DNA of 24,021 nucleotides. Origin: Lentisphaerae bacterium RIFOXYA12_64_32. GTDB taxonomy: Bacteria > Verrucomicrobiota > Lentisphaeria > Oligosphaerales > YB12-FULL-65-16. Of this stretch, positions 14,512 through 23,100 are shown one piece after another. Position 1 is the stretch's first letter. Each line of letters opens with the position of its first letter. The notes beneath the pieces were generated by a model. It had not been told where the DNA came from, searched no databases, and was given only the letters and a program-made list of their open reading frames with translations. The position numbers and the translations under genes are program-made. Location of the stretch: assembly GCA_001803235.1 (NCBI GenBank), contig MHBL01000202.1, positions 1-24,021 of the forward strand, in the 5' to 3' direction.

Positions 14512-14681
14512 AATGCTTGTCAGGGCTGTTTCAAGATCTGGCGCCGTGTCTCGGAAGGCCACGCCTCCGCGCACACCAAGTAGGGGCGGCCTGTCCTCAG
14601 GCCGTCCCCCCCCGGCGTGGGGACACGCCGGGGGGACCGCACGCGACAGTCACGAATCTTGAAACAGCCCTGAATGCTTGT
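14512..14681. mobile_element. Miniature inverted-repeat transposable element: 152-bp body (14521..14672) with 17-bp perfect terminal inverted repeats (CAGGGCTGTTTCAAGAT) and a 9-bp target-site duplication AATGCTTGT
   Basis: TSD at 14512..14520 and 14673..14681. TIR at 14521..14537 and 14656..14672. The interior has a 14-bp-stem GC hairpin (GTCCCCCCCGGCGTG / CACGCCGGGGGGAC). No coding capacity. It sits about 140 bp upstream of the dapF start. Confidence 0.65.
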
Positions 14682-14813
14682 CAGGAGACCTTGATTTCCG
14701 GTGCATTTCTGGGTATCTTGATCTCATTGACCGGGTGGTTCCCGGGCAACGCCACGATTCCCGCTGTGGTCTGGGACTGCCGGACGTGGGGCCGGCCCGA
14801 TGCGCTGGAGGGC

Positions 14814-15710
14814 ATGCCTGTGAGCGTGGAGTTCAGCAAATACCACGGACTCGGGAACGACTACCTGGTCTTCGATCCGCAGACCGCTGCGCTAGCACTG
14901 TCCACCGAACGGATACGCTTGCTTTGCGACCGGCATTACGGTCTCGGTTCGGATGGCATCCTGCTGGGCCCCCTTGCTGCGCACACCGTGGTCCCGGTGG
15001 CGGCACGCGAGCCGGCGGCGGCAGCCAGCGAGACACCCTCGTTCGGCCTGCGCGTCTACAATCCTGACGGCTCGGAAGCGGAGAAGAGCGGCAACGGTTT
15101 GCGGATTTTCGCGCGCTACCTGTGGGACACGGGCCGGGTCGCCGAGGTGCCGTTCGACGTCCTGACCCTCGGCGGTCGGGTCCGGTGCCAGGTCCTTGAA
15201 CAGGGCAAACAGGTCAACGTGGACATGGGGCGGGTGAGCTTCTTCAGCGGTGACATCCCCGTGGCCGGCCCAGCGCGCGAGGTCCTCAAGGAGAGCATTA
15301 CGGTCGCGGATCGCACCCTGACCTACTGTGCCGCCAGCATTGGGAACCCTCACTGCGTCGTTCTGTGCCACCAGGCGTCGGTGGACGACGCTCTCGAACT
15401 GGGACCGCAGTTGGAGACGGACCCGCGATTTCCGCAACGGACGAATGTCCAGTTCATGCAGGTTCTGGACCGAAACAACATTGCGATCGAGATCTGGGAA
15501 CGTGGCGCGGGCTACACATTGGCCTCGGGCAGCAGCGCCGCGGTCTCGGCGGCCGTGGCCAAGCGCCTGGGGTTGTGCGATGCGGACATCGCGGTCCGCA
15601 TGCCCGGCGGCACCTTGGGAGTTCATGTCGATGACCGATTCCAGGTCACGATCATTGGGCCGGTTGCAGCCGTGGCCCGGGGCACGGTGGCACCGGAACT
15701 GATTCAGTAG
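14814..15710 (+). CDS. dapF: Diaminopimelate epimerase
   Basis: FSKYHGLGNDYLVFD near the N-terminus matches the DapF signature (FxKMHGLGNDF). The ORF is open from 14343, but the upstream part overlaps the repeat elements and is rejected. GGAGGG at 14806..14811 favours the in-frame GTG at 14820 (8-nt spacing) over the ATG at 14814 (2-nt spacing). Confidence 0.85.
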   Translation: MPVSVEFSKYHGLGNDYLVFDPQTAALALSTERIRLLCDRHYGLGSDGILLGPLAAHTVVPVAAREPAAAASETPSFGLRVYNPDGSEAEKSGNGLRIFARYLWDTGRVAEVPFDVLTLGGRVRCQVLEQGKQVNVDMGRVSFFSGDIPVAGPAREVLKESITVADRTLTYCAASIGNPHCVVLCHQASVDDALELGPQLETDPRFPQRTNVQFMQVLDRNNIAIEIWERGAGYTLASGSSAAVSAAVAKRLGLCDADIAVRMPGGTLGVHVDDRFQVTIIGPVAAVARGTVAPELIQ

Positions 15711-15755
15711 AGCCCGGCGCCGGCGTGAGGTCGGGACGCGTACCGCAAGAGCGAG

Positions 15756-15835
15756 GTTTCAGTGTTCCGGTTTCAGGAATACGCAACTGATTCAGTGTCA
15801 GAGCCTTCCATCCCGACACCTGAAACCTGAACACC
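15756..15835. repeat. Imperfect inverted repeat (AGTGTTCCGGTTTCAGG / CCTGAAACCTGAACACC, 15 of 17) built from TTCAG-type motifs, flanking ~41 nt
   Basis: Read directly from the sequence. It lies between the dapF stop and the lipoprotein gene's Shine-Dalgarno. It belongs to the recurring GTTCAG(T/G)GTTCAGG motif family. Confidence 0.35.
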
Positions 15836-15864
15836 CACAGATGGTTCTTTTGCAGGAGGCGCCG

Positions 15865-16176
15865 ATGAGAAACACTGCGTTCACGATCCTGTCCTCTCTC
15901 GCGTTCCTGGTGGCGCTGACGTGGCTGAGCGGCTGCGGCGGCAAGGCCGAAGACATCGACACCACGCCGTTCGAGAATGCCATTCAGGTGTACCTGAAAG
16001 AGAGGAGCATGGAGCTGCGCGTGGCTGAGGTCAAGACCATCAAGGTCAGCGGGGACACTGCCGAAGCCACCATATCGTTGGAGTACGCGGGTGAGGGGGT
16101 CGGCGCCAAAGTGCAGTGGAAGTTCTGGTTCGCCAAGAAAGATAACGCCTGGGTGGTGACCCAGCACAAGCAGTGA
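15865..16176 (+). CDS. Small lipoprotein of unknown function
   Basis: ATG at 15865 has a perfect AGGAGG 5 nt upstream; the ORF's first ATG at 15841 has none. The signal peptide MRNTAFTILSSLAFLVALTWLSGC carries an L-S-G-C lipobox. Confidence 0.6.
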   Translation: MRNTAFTILSSLAFLVALTWLSGCGGKAEDIDTTPFENAIQVYLKERSMELRVAEVKTIKVSGDTAEATISLEYAGEGVGAKVQWKFWFAKKDNAWVVTQHKQ

Positions 16177-16224
16177 TCCGCTGGAGTTGGGTAGAGGTGG
16201 GGCGTTCAGTGTTCAGGTCGCACC

Positions 16225-16251
16225 GGTCGGACGTGTCTGACACGTCAGACC
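16225..16251. promoter_or_regulatory. 13-1-13 palindrome GGTCGGACGTGTC-T-GACACGTCAGACC (inner 8-1-8 perfect); candidate operator upstream of the sugar ABC transporter genes
   Basis: Read directly from the sequence. It is located between the lipoprotein stop (16176) and the SBP start (16313). Confidence 0.35.
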
Positions 16252-16312
16252 TCACCTGAAACGCACTCCTGCTACGGCGGCCCGTGCTGCTGCGGTCTCA
16301 TGGGGGGGACAG

Positions 16313-17614
16313 ATGATGCCCACAAAACGCTGGCTTGCCGCGCTCGCTGCGGCCATGGTCTGCGGCGGTTGCGGCAAGCCTGCGGCCCCGCCTGACGCCG
16401 CACCGAAGCCCGCCGCAACGACGACTCTGACCTTCTGGCACATCATGAACTACGCCGGCCCGCGTGAGGTCATCGCGGCGGCCGTGCGGCGTTTTGAACA
16501 GGCGAATCCGGACGTCGGCGTCCGGGTTGAAACGTTCGAGAACGACGCCTACAAAACCAAGCTCGCGGTGGAGATGGCCGGCGGCACACCGCCGGATGTG
16601 TTCTTCACTTGGGGAGGGGGCGGCCTGGCCGAACTAGCCGCTGCCGACCGCGTGGTCGACCTCACCCCGGCGCTCGAGGAGGGCGGGTGGCGCGACCGGG
16701 TCCTGCCCGCCGCGCTGCGCTTGTGCACGGTGAACGACCGGGCCTACGCGGTGCCGCTGGACCTGTCCTGCGTGGTGCTGTGGTACAACACGGAGCTGTT
16801 CGCGCGCCACAACTTGACCCCGCCGGCCACGCTCGACGAACTCGTCGCAGCTTGCGCGCGGCTCAAGGAGCAGCGCGTCACGCCGTTCGCGCTCGGCAAC
16901 ATGCAGCAGTGGCCGGGCGCGTTCTACTTCGTCTATACCGCCCTGCGCGAAGGCGGCACTGCAGTGTTCTTCGACGCCGCCGCGCGCCAGCCCGGAATCG
17001 GTTTCGAGGCGCCCGCGTTCGTCGAGGCCGGGCGGCGCCTGCAGCAGTTCGCCCAAGCCGGTTTCTTTCCCACCGGCTGCAACGGTATCGATGACGGGCA
17101 GGCCCGAACCCAGTTCCTGTCCGGCAAGGCAGCCATGTACCTGATGGGCACCTGGCTGGTGGCGCGGATCAAGACCGAGACCCCGGACTTCCTCGCGAAA
17201 CTGGACTGCCTGCCGTTCCCGGCTGCTCCCAACGGTAAGGGCGACCCTACGACCGTGGTTGGCGGCGTCAACTGCGCGTTTGCGGTTTCTTCCGGCTGCC
17301 GCACCCCGGACAAAGCCATCGCGTTGCTGCGTTTTCTGACGGACGAGGAGACGGTCAAGGGATGGTGCGATGCCGGCCGAATTCCGGCGCTGCGCGCGGA
17401 CGAGCAGACCCTGGCGCCCCTGCCGGCGCCCACGCGCAAGGCCCTGGATTACCTCACCGCCAGTCCGGTCCTGCAGCCGTATTACGACCAGTTCCTGCCG
17501 CCGCGCCTGGCCGAAATGCACAAGAAGACCACCCAGGAACTGCTCGCCGGCACACTGACGCCCGAGCAGGCGGCGAAACGGATGGAAGACTGTGCCCGTG
17601 AAGACGGGAAGTAG
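16313..17614 (+). CDS. ABC transporter substrate-binding protein (extracellular solute-binding protein family 1, carbohydrate type), lipoprotein-like signal peptide
   Basis: 433-aa ORF with a double ATG at 16313. The N-terminus is WLAALAAAMVCGGCGKP. It has typical sugar-SBP blocks (TLTFWHIM, PDVFFTWGGGG, MYLMGTWL). It is followed by two permease genes. Confidence 0.85.
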   Translation: MMPTKRWLAALAAAMVCGGCGKPAAPPDAAPKPAATTTLTFWHIMNYAGPREVIAAAVRRFEQANPDVGVRVETFENDAYKTKLAVEMAGGTPPDVFFTWGGGGLAELAAADRVVDLTPALEEGGWRDRVLPAALRLCTVNDRAYAVPLDLSCVVLWYNTELFARHNLTPPATLDELVAACARLKEQRVTPFALGNMQQWPGAFYFVYTALREGGTAVFFDAAARQPGIGFEAPAFVEAGRRLQQFAQAGFFPTGCNGIDDGQARTQFLSGKAAMYLMGTWLVARIKTETPDFLAKLDCLPFPAAPNGKGDPTTVVGGVNCAFAVSSGCRTPDKAIALLRFLTDEETVKGWCDAGRIPALRADEQTLAPLPAPTRKALDYLTASPVLQPYYDQFLPPRLAEMHKKTTQELLAGTLTPEQAAKRMEDCAREDGK

Positions 17615-17628
17615 CCGGGCGGGACGAC

Positions 17629-17743
17629 AGTGGCGCGGGACCTCTGGGACCGCGGCAGGGTGCGCGGGGCCGTCCCGGCCCGAGGTCCTCGGCCGGGGAC
17701 CGGCCCGAGCACCCCGCTTCGGCGCAGGGACGCGCCGAGCCAC
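17629..17743 (-). repeat. REP/MITE-like interspersed element, copy C (inverted orientation, 115 bp)
   Basis: The reverse complement reads GTGGCTCGGCGCGTCCCTGCGCCGAAGCGGGGTGC...CCGGCCGAGGACCTCGGGCCGGGACGGCCCCGCGCACCCTGCCGCGGTCCCAGAGGTCCCGCGCCACTGTCGT. It starts 15 nt after the SBP stop codon. Confidence 0.7.
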
Positions 17744-17819
17744 CGCACGCTCGGTCCGGAAGGCAAGGGGTAGGCACTGGCATTTGTGAGCCTTTTATGA
17801 GGCAAAGTCGGAGATGTAA

Positions 17820-18746
17820 GTGCCAATTGCCGATGACAAACGCCAAGGCCTGACCCCGTATGCGCCGTGGCTGTTCATGCTGCCGGCGCTGGCGGTGTAT
17901 GCCGTGTTCGTGCTTTGGCCGATTGCCGATTCGTTCTGGCTGAGCCTTTACCACTGGCGCAGTTCGTCCGCGCCGCCCGAGTTTGTCGGATGGCGCAACT
18001 TTCAGATGCTGTTCCACGATCCGGTGTTCTGGTCGGCGCTGTTGCACAATGTGGCGCTGCTGGTGCTGTCGCTGCTGACTCAGCTCCCGGTGGCTTTGGG
18101 CTTGGCGATCCTGCTCAGCTATCCGACCCGCGCGCGTGGCCTTTTCCGTACCGCCTTCTTCGCGCCCATGGTGATGCCGTCTGTGGCCATTGCCGTGCTC
18201 TGGGGCTTCGTCTACTTGCCGGAGCAAGGCATCCTGGACCAGGTGCTCCGCGTGTTCGAGCGTGACTTCGCGCACGGTTGGCTCTCGGCGCCCGACACGG
18301 CCCTGGCCTGCGTATTCCTCGCCATCTGCTGGCGCTACACCGGGTTCTATCTCGTTCTGTTCATGGCTGGGCTCGCGGCGATTCCAGAACCGCTCTACGA
18401 AGCGGCACGGCTCGACGGTGCCAGCGAGTGGCAGGTGTGCCGGCGGATCACGCTGCCGTTGCTGCGGCCGGTCATCGGCGTGGCGGCAACGCTGTCCATC
18501 GTCGGATCGCTGAAGTACTTCGACCTGGTGTACATGATGGCGGCCGGCGCGCCGGAAAACTCACGCGAAGTGGTGGCGACCTACATCTACCGCCTCGCGT
18601 TCGCCAGCGGTCAGGGCCGGTACGGGTACGGCTCTGCCGCCGCCGTGGTGTTGCTGGGCGTGGCCCTGACCGTGGCCGGGACGCTGCATTTCCTGGGCCG
18701 CCGCAACGCCGCCGAACCCAACCACGGTGCTGCGGGCGGAGCGTGA
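17820..18746 (+). CDS. ABC transporter permease (MalF/UgpA-like, carbohydrate uptake)
   Basis: GTG at 17820 has a GGAG Shine-Dalgarno 6 nt upstream. It has multiple transmembrane segments and the EAA-type loop EAARLDGASEWQVCRRITLPLLRP. Confidence 0.85.
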   Translation: MPIADDKRQGLTPYAPWLFMLPALAVYAVFVLWPIADSFWLSLYHWRSSSAPPEFVGWRNFQMLFHDPVFWSALLHNVALLVLSLLTQLPVALGLAILLSYPTRARGLFRTAFFAPMVMPSVAIAVLWGFVYLPEQGILDQVLRVFERDFAHGWLSAPDTALACVFLAICWRYTGFYLVLFMAGLAAIPEPLYEAARLDGASEWQVCRRITLPLLRPVIGVAATLSIVGSLKYFDLVYMMAAGAPENSREVVATYIYRLAFASGQGRYGYGSAAAVVLLGVALTVAGTLHFLGRRNAAEPNHGAAGGA

Positions 18747-19093
18747 GCGGGGCGGAGGGCGGGTTCAGGGTTCAGGTGAGGCGGCTGCCGAGATACGTCC
18801 GATGTGTCCGAATGACATTGACATGACAGACGAACCGCACAGCGACACGCAGACCGCGGGGCGGGTGCTCCCCCCCGACTCGGGGGCCTTGCGCTCAAGA
18901 CCGTGCGCTGTTCGCAATACCGTCTTGGGTCGGTCCGGGCGTTGTTCCACGGCCGCGCGCGCCCCGGACCGCGTAAACGCGGGACTACAAGCCTGGCCTG
19001 TCGCTGGTGCCGGCTCGGGTTTGGCCGCCTTACAGGCCGTGCCTTTCTCCGCAGAGCTCAGGGCAAGCGGCCCTGTGCTCTGCGGACGGCTCC

Positions 19094-19144
19094 GGCCTCG
19101 GGAACAGGCTGGGCGCGTGCCGCGCCCGGCCTGTTCCCGAGGCC
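19094..19144. repeat. Hairpin with a 24-bp stem (1 mismatch) and a 3-nt loop: GGCCTCGGGAACAGGCTGGGCGCG-TGC-CGCGCCCGGCCTGTTCCCGAGGCC
   Basis: Read directly from the sequence. It is the strongest of at least four hairpins inside the 500-bp spacer 18747..19250 between the two permease genes. Others are CAGAGCTCAGGGC-AAGCG-GCCCTGTGCTCTG at 19052..19082 and TGTGGGGGC-GGAAA-GCCCCCACA near 19190. Confidence 0.6.
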
Positions 19145-19250
19145 CAGCATCGAGGGGGTCAAGGGGGAGTAGATTACGCCCCCTTGTCGGGGGTGTGGGG
19201 GCGGAAAGCCCCCACATCCGGAAACACTCACGTCGCCGTAGACCGACTCC

Positions 19251-20069
19251 ATGACACGCATCGTACGCCATTTCATTCTGTTGCTGTTCCTCGTGGCGGG
19301 TGGGTATCCGCTGGTGTGGATGGCGTTCGCGGCTGTGCGCGAGGAGCGCGCGGTCCTGGAGCGGCCGTTCCATCTGCCCGAGGCGGTGCACACGGCGAAT
19401 TTCACCACCGTGTTGCAGTCCGGGGAGTTCGGGCGCGCGTACCTCAACAGCCTGGTCGTGTGCGGCGTCAGCGGCGTGGCGGCGTTGGCGTTTTCCGCCT
19501 GGGCGGCGTTCGCTTTCGCGCGGTTGCGATTCCGCGGCAAGGAGATTCTTTTCCTGCTCTTCCTTGCCGGCATGATGATCCCGGTGCACGTGACCCTAAT
19601 CCCGCTGAATCGCTTGGCCGGACCGGCGGGGCTGAACATCAAGGACACCTACTGGGCCCTGATCGGACCGTACGTCGGTTTCGCGCTGCCGATCAGTATC
19701 CTGATCCTGCGCGGGGCATTCGCGGAGATAGCACAAGACCTGGCCGACGCGGCGCGGATCGACGGCTGCAGCGCCTGGGGTGTGTTCTGGCACGTCGCCG
19801 TGCCGCTGTCCCGCCCCGCCCTGGCCACGGTCGCCATCTTCAACTTCCTGACCATGTGGAATGAGTTCGCGTTTGCGCTGACTCTGGTCAACCGTGGCAG
19901 CCTGCGCACCCTGCCGCTGGCGCTGTGGCAATTCCAGGGCGAACACGGCATGTACGTCAGTCAGACGTGCGCCGCGTTGTGCGTGGCGGTCCTGCCCGTG
20001 CTGCTCGTGTACGCCTTGGCGCAGAAGCACATCATCCGCGGCCTGACCGCCGGGGCGCTGAAGGAGTGA
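19251..20069 (+). CDS. ABC transporter permease (MalG/UgpE-like, carbohydrate uptake)
   Basis: 272-aa ORF with ATG at 19251 and a weak Shine-Dalgarno. The EAA-type loop is DAARIDGCSAWGVFWHVAVPLSRP, and there are 6 predicted transmembrane segments. Confidence 0.85.
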   Translation: MTRIVRHFILLLFLVAGGYPLVWMAFAAVREERAVLERPFHLPEAVHTANFTTVLQSGEFGRAYLNSLVVCGVSGVAALAFSAWAAFAFARLRFRGKEILFLLFLAGMMIPVHVTLIPLNRLAGPAGLNIKDTYWALIGPYVGFALPISILILRGAFAEIAQDLADAARIDGCSAWGVFWHVAVPLSRPALATVAIFNFLTMWNEFAFALTLVNRGSLRTLPLALWQFQGEHGMYVSQTCAALCVAVLPVLLVYALAQKHIIRGLTAGALKE

Positions 20070-20185
20070 GCGGCGCGGGGCACGGGGCAGGGGGCAGGGA
20101 CAGAGCGGATGGGGGGGGCGACCCGCCACCGCACCATCGCTGCTCCGCGTGCAAAGACCACGATCCGCTTGATCGCAAGTCGGGA

Positions 20186-23100
20186 TCAGGCGCTGCGGCT
20201 GTGGTTGCGACTGCGGCGGCGGTGGCGGCTCTTGCGGCGGCTTGAACCGGAGGGGCGTTTGCTGCTGTTCATGGCCGCCGAACCGTTGCGGTTCGGGGCC
20301 GCTTCTTCCTGCGAGGCGGCGACGGCCAGTTTTCGGAGCCAATCCTCCTCCTCGGAGGTGAGCGGGGCCGGTTGCGCCCTGGGCGGCACGGGATGGCCCA
20401 TGGCTTCCAGGGGCAGGCGCGAGAACGTATCCGTGGCCGAGTAGATATCGTAGGACGGCCGGACCAAGGCCATGCTGCGGCCCAGGAGCCGGATTCCTGT
20501 CTCCTTGGCAGCCGCGCTGGCGGTCCGGCGCCAGTCAAGGTAGTTCTTGAACCCCACGAACATGCAGTACAGCAGGCGGTGGTCGGAACGGTTTGGGACT
20601 TTGGCGGCCACGGGATCGGGCGGCAATTCGCCGAGCAGGCCCTTGGCCACCAGGTGACGGTTGTACGAGACGGACTCCGGGTCCTCAACCACGTCGAGCC
20701 AGCACTCTTTGGCCTTCGCATACTCGCCCAGCCGGTAGTGGTCCAGTCCGAGCAGCAGCAATCCGTCCGGGATAGCCCATTCGACGGACTGATCGATCAT
20801 CATATGGATCAGTTCGCGGGCGTTCTTCTCGTTCTTCAGCCATGCGAGGCAGGCCACGAATGCGATCGGCATGGGCGGCATGTCGGTGTTGCGCTCCTTG
20901 CACAGATCGCAGATGTGCTGTGAGATGCGGCGGGTCACGTCCTCGTGTCCCGAATGCAGGTAGAAGCGGGCGATGGTCTCGAGGTTACCCAGGTTGTCGT
21001 CGTAGTTCAGAATGAGGCGCATGACCTTGTCCATGAGGAACGCATTGTCGGCCATGGCGGCGCTGCGTTTCAGAATGGTCATCAGCGGGTCAATGGTGGT
21101 GAGGATGTCCGCGAATGCGCCCTGGCCTTTGCCGAAATTGTCCCGCAGGAAGAGGATGCATTCGGAGAGGTGCTGCGGGTACTTGGTCAGGGCCAGCAGG
21201 ATCCAGCGCCAGAGAATGGACGGCGTCAGGGTCTCTTTGGCCTCGAGGCGCTGCCCGAGGATGAGGGCCAGCCGCACCCACGCGTCGACGACCTGCCAGT
21301 CCTTCTCGGATTGGGGCGTCTGCCGCAGGAATTGCTGCGCGTTGTCGAATGCGATGTCCGCCACCGGATCAACGTGTGGAATCGGTTCGCCGCTGGACAC
21401 CAGCGCCTGGATGATCTGTGCCGCATGCAGGTGGTGGCGATTCTCCAGTTCGATCCAGGCGCGGCCAAGACTCTCGAACAGCGCGTACGGCCCCTTGCGC
21501 AGCGGAGCCCAGATCCGAACCGCTTCTTTGCGGTCGTGCGTGAGTTGGTACGAGGCGATTCCCGCACGGTATCTTGCCCAGGCGCCTTCGTAGCGGTCCT
21601 TGTGCGCCACGGCAATGGCCAGGAAGCGCTTCATCGCCCCCTCGAAACAGCCTTCCTGCAGCAGCGCTTCGGGGACCTCGATGGACGGGATGCGCGTTGG
21701 CAGCCCCTTGCTCTGGACGCGGATGTTCGAGTAGGCGATGTTCGCCCCGACATGCCGGAACCCCAGGCTCAGCCCGGACAACGGGTTCCGGTCGTGGTAG
21801 AAGAGGATGACCTGGCGGTTCAGCAGGACTCGGATTTCGTTGCCCGTGCGCTCGAGCATCAGACGGTAGCGCCGGCGCGGCTCCAGAACCAGGTACTCGT
21901 TGGAAACCACTTCGGCGTCCTTGCGGGAAATGACGGCTCGCGTGTTGCCGTTGGCGGCGAGGTGGATCGTGTAGGCATCCATCAGGCCGCGCCACGGCTT
22001 GGGGGCATTGGCGCTGACGACCAGCGCAAATTCGGCGATCCGGTTCCGCCCTTCCTCGACGGGGTAAGCGATCACGTTCATGGAGAAACGGATATCGCCA
22101 ATGAATTCCTTGGCCAGGAGCAGGTACCCGGCGGGGCCGCCCGCCGTCAGAGGCAGCGTTGTGATCGCCTCGCGCGTGATCTTCCAGCCCTTGCGGGCTT
22201 CGCGCGGCAAGGCCACGAAGTCTTCCTTGCTGATGGTGGGGCGCGTGGCATTGCGGAACTGCGACTTGCCTTCCATCCAGAACTCCAGCGCCTCGCTGAA
22301 CTCTTTGACCGACTTGAACCGCTCATCCGGGTTCGGGTCCATGGACTGCATGGCGATGGCCGACAGTTCGGGGGGGATTTCCCGGCTGGCGGCACGCAGT
22401 TCCGGGGGAATGATCTCGCCCTTGAGTTTCTTGTCGAGCACCTCTTTGAAGTTCGCGCCTTGAATGGGCAGCTCGAAGGTCAGGATCTCGTACAAAATGA
22501 CGCCCAGCGCATAGATATCCGCCTGCGGTCCCAGGCTCCGGATCTTGCCGGAGGCCTGTTCGGGCGGCATGTAGTGGACTGTGCCCAGGACGTCGCCCTG
22601 CAGGGTCAGTGGGACGGTCACGTCGATGGCGCCGTCCGGAGCACGGTGCACACCGCCCAGAGGCATGGTTCGCGTCAGAGTGGAGTCCCCGGCGGGGGTG
22701 GCGACGTCGCCATCATGAGGTTTCTCATCGGCGCCTAACGTGCCTTCGTCCTTTTCCTTGTCGCGCACGGCCTTGGTCAGGCCCCAGTCGATGACGTACA
22801 CCTCGCCATAGTCACCGACGAAGATGTTGGAGGGCTTGATGTCGCGGTGGATGTAGCCCTTGCTGTGGGCGTACTGTACCGTCTGGCAGACACGGCGCAG
22901 AATGCCGACGAGGCGGAACAGATCGAACTCCTCGCGGACCTGCGACACGTTGCTGCGCAGATCGCGCAGAATGTCGTTGAACGGTTTGCCCTCGATGGGT
23001 TTCATGACGTAGTAGATCTGGCCGTTGGCCTGCTGTCGCACGTCGTAGACCGGGGGCACGCCGGGGTGTTGAAGTTCGGCGGTGGTCAGGGCTTCGCGGA

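Noticed and set aside
14343-14813. N-terminal 157 codons of the 455-aa ORF containing dapF
   Set aside because: This stretch overlaps the MITE and inverted repeat elements, has no Shine-Dalgarno, and has no similarity to DapF. DapF homology begins at FSKYHGLGNDY just after 14814/14820, where GGAGGG is found.
15841-15864. First ATG (15841) of the lipoprotein ORF and first ATG (11936) of the flotillin ORF
   Set aside because: In both cases the second in-frame ATG has a perfect Shine-Dalgarno at optimal spacing (AGGAGG or GAGGAGG) and the first has none. For the lipoprotein the signal peptide also starts at the second ATG.
17790-17815. Possible sigma54-type promoter TGGCAtttgtgaGCC upstream of permease 1
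   Set aside because: The -12 element does not match TTGC(A/T) and the spacing is off. The match is probably a chance resemblance.
20070-20185. The C-terminal Arg/Ser-rich tail of the kinase being a separate small gene or a frameshift product
   Set aside because: It cannot be resolved from sequence alone. The tail is in frame with the kinase and ends at the first stop, so I kept it as part of the CDS and flagged the uncertainty.
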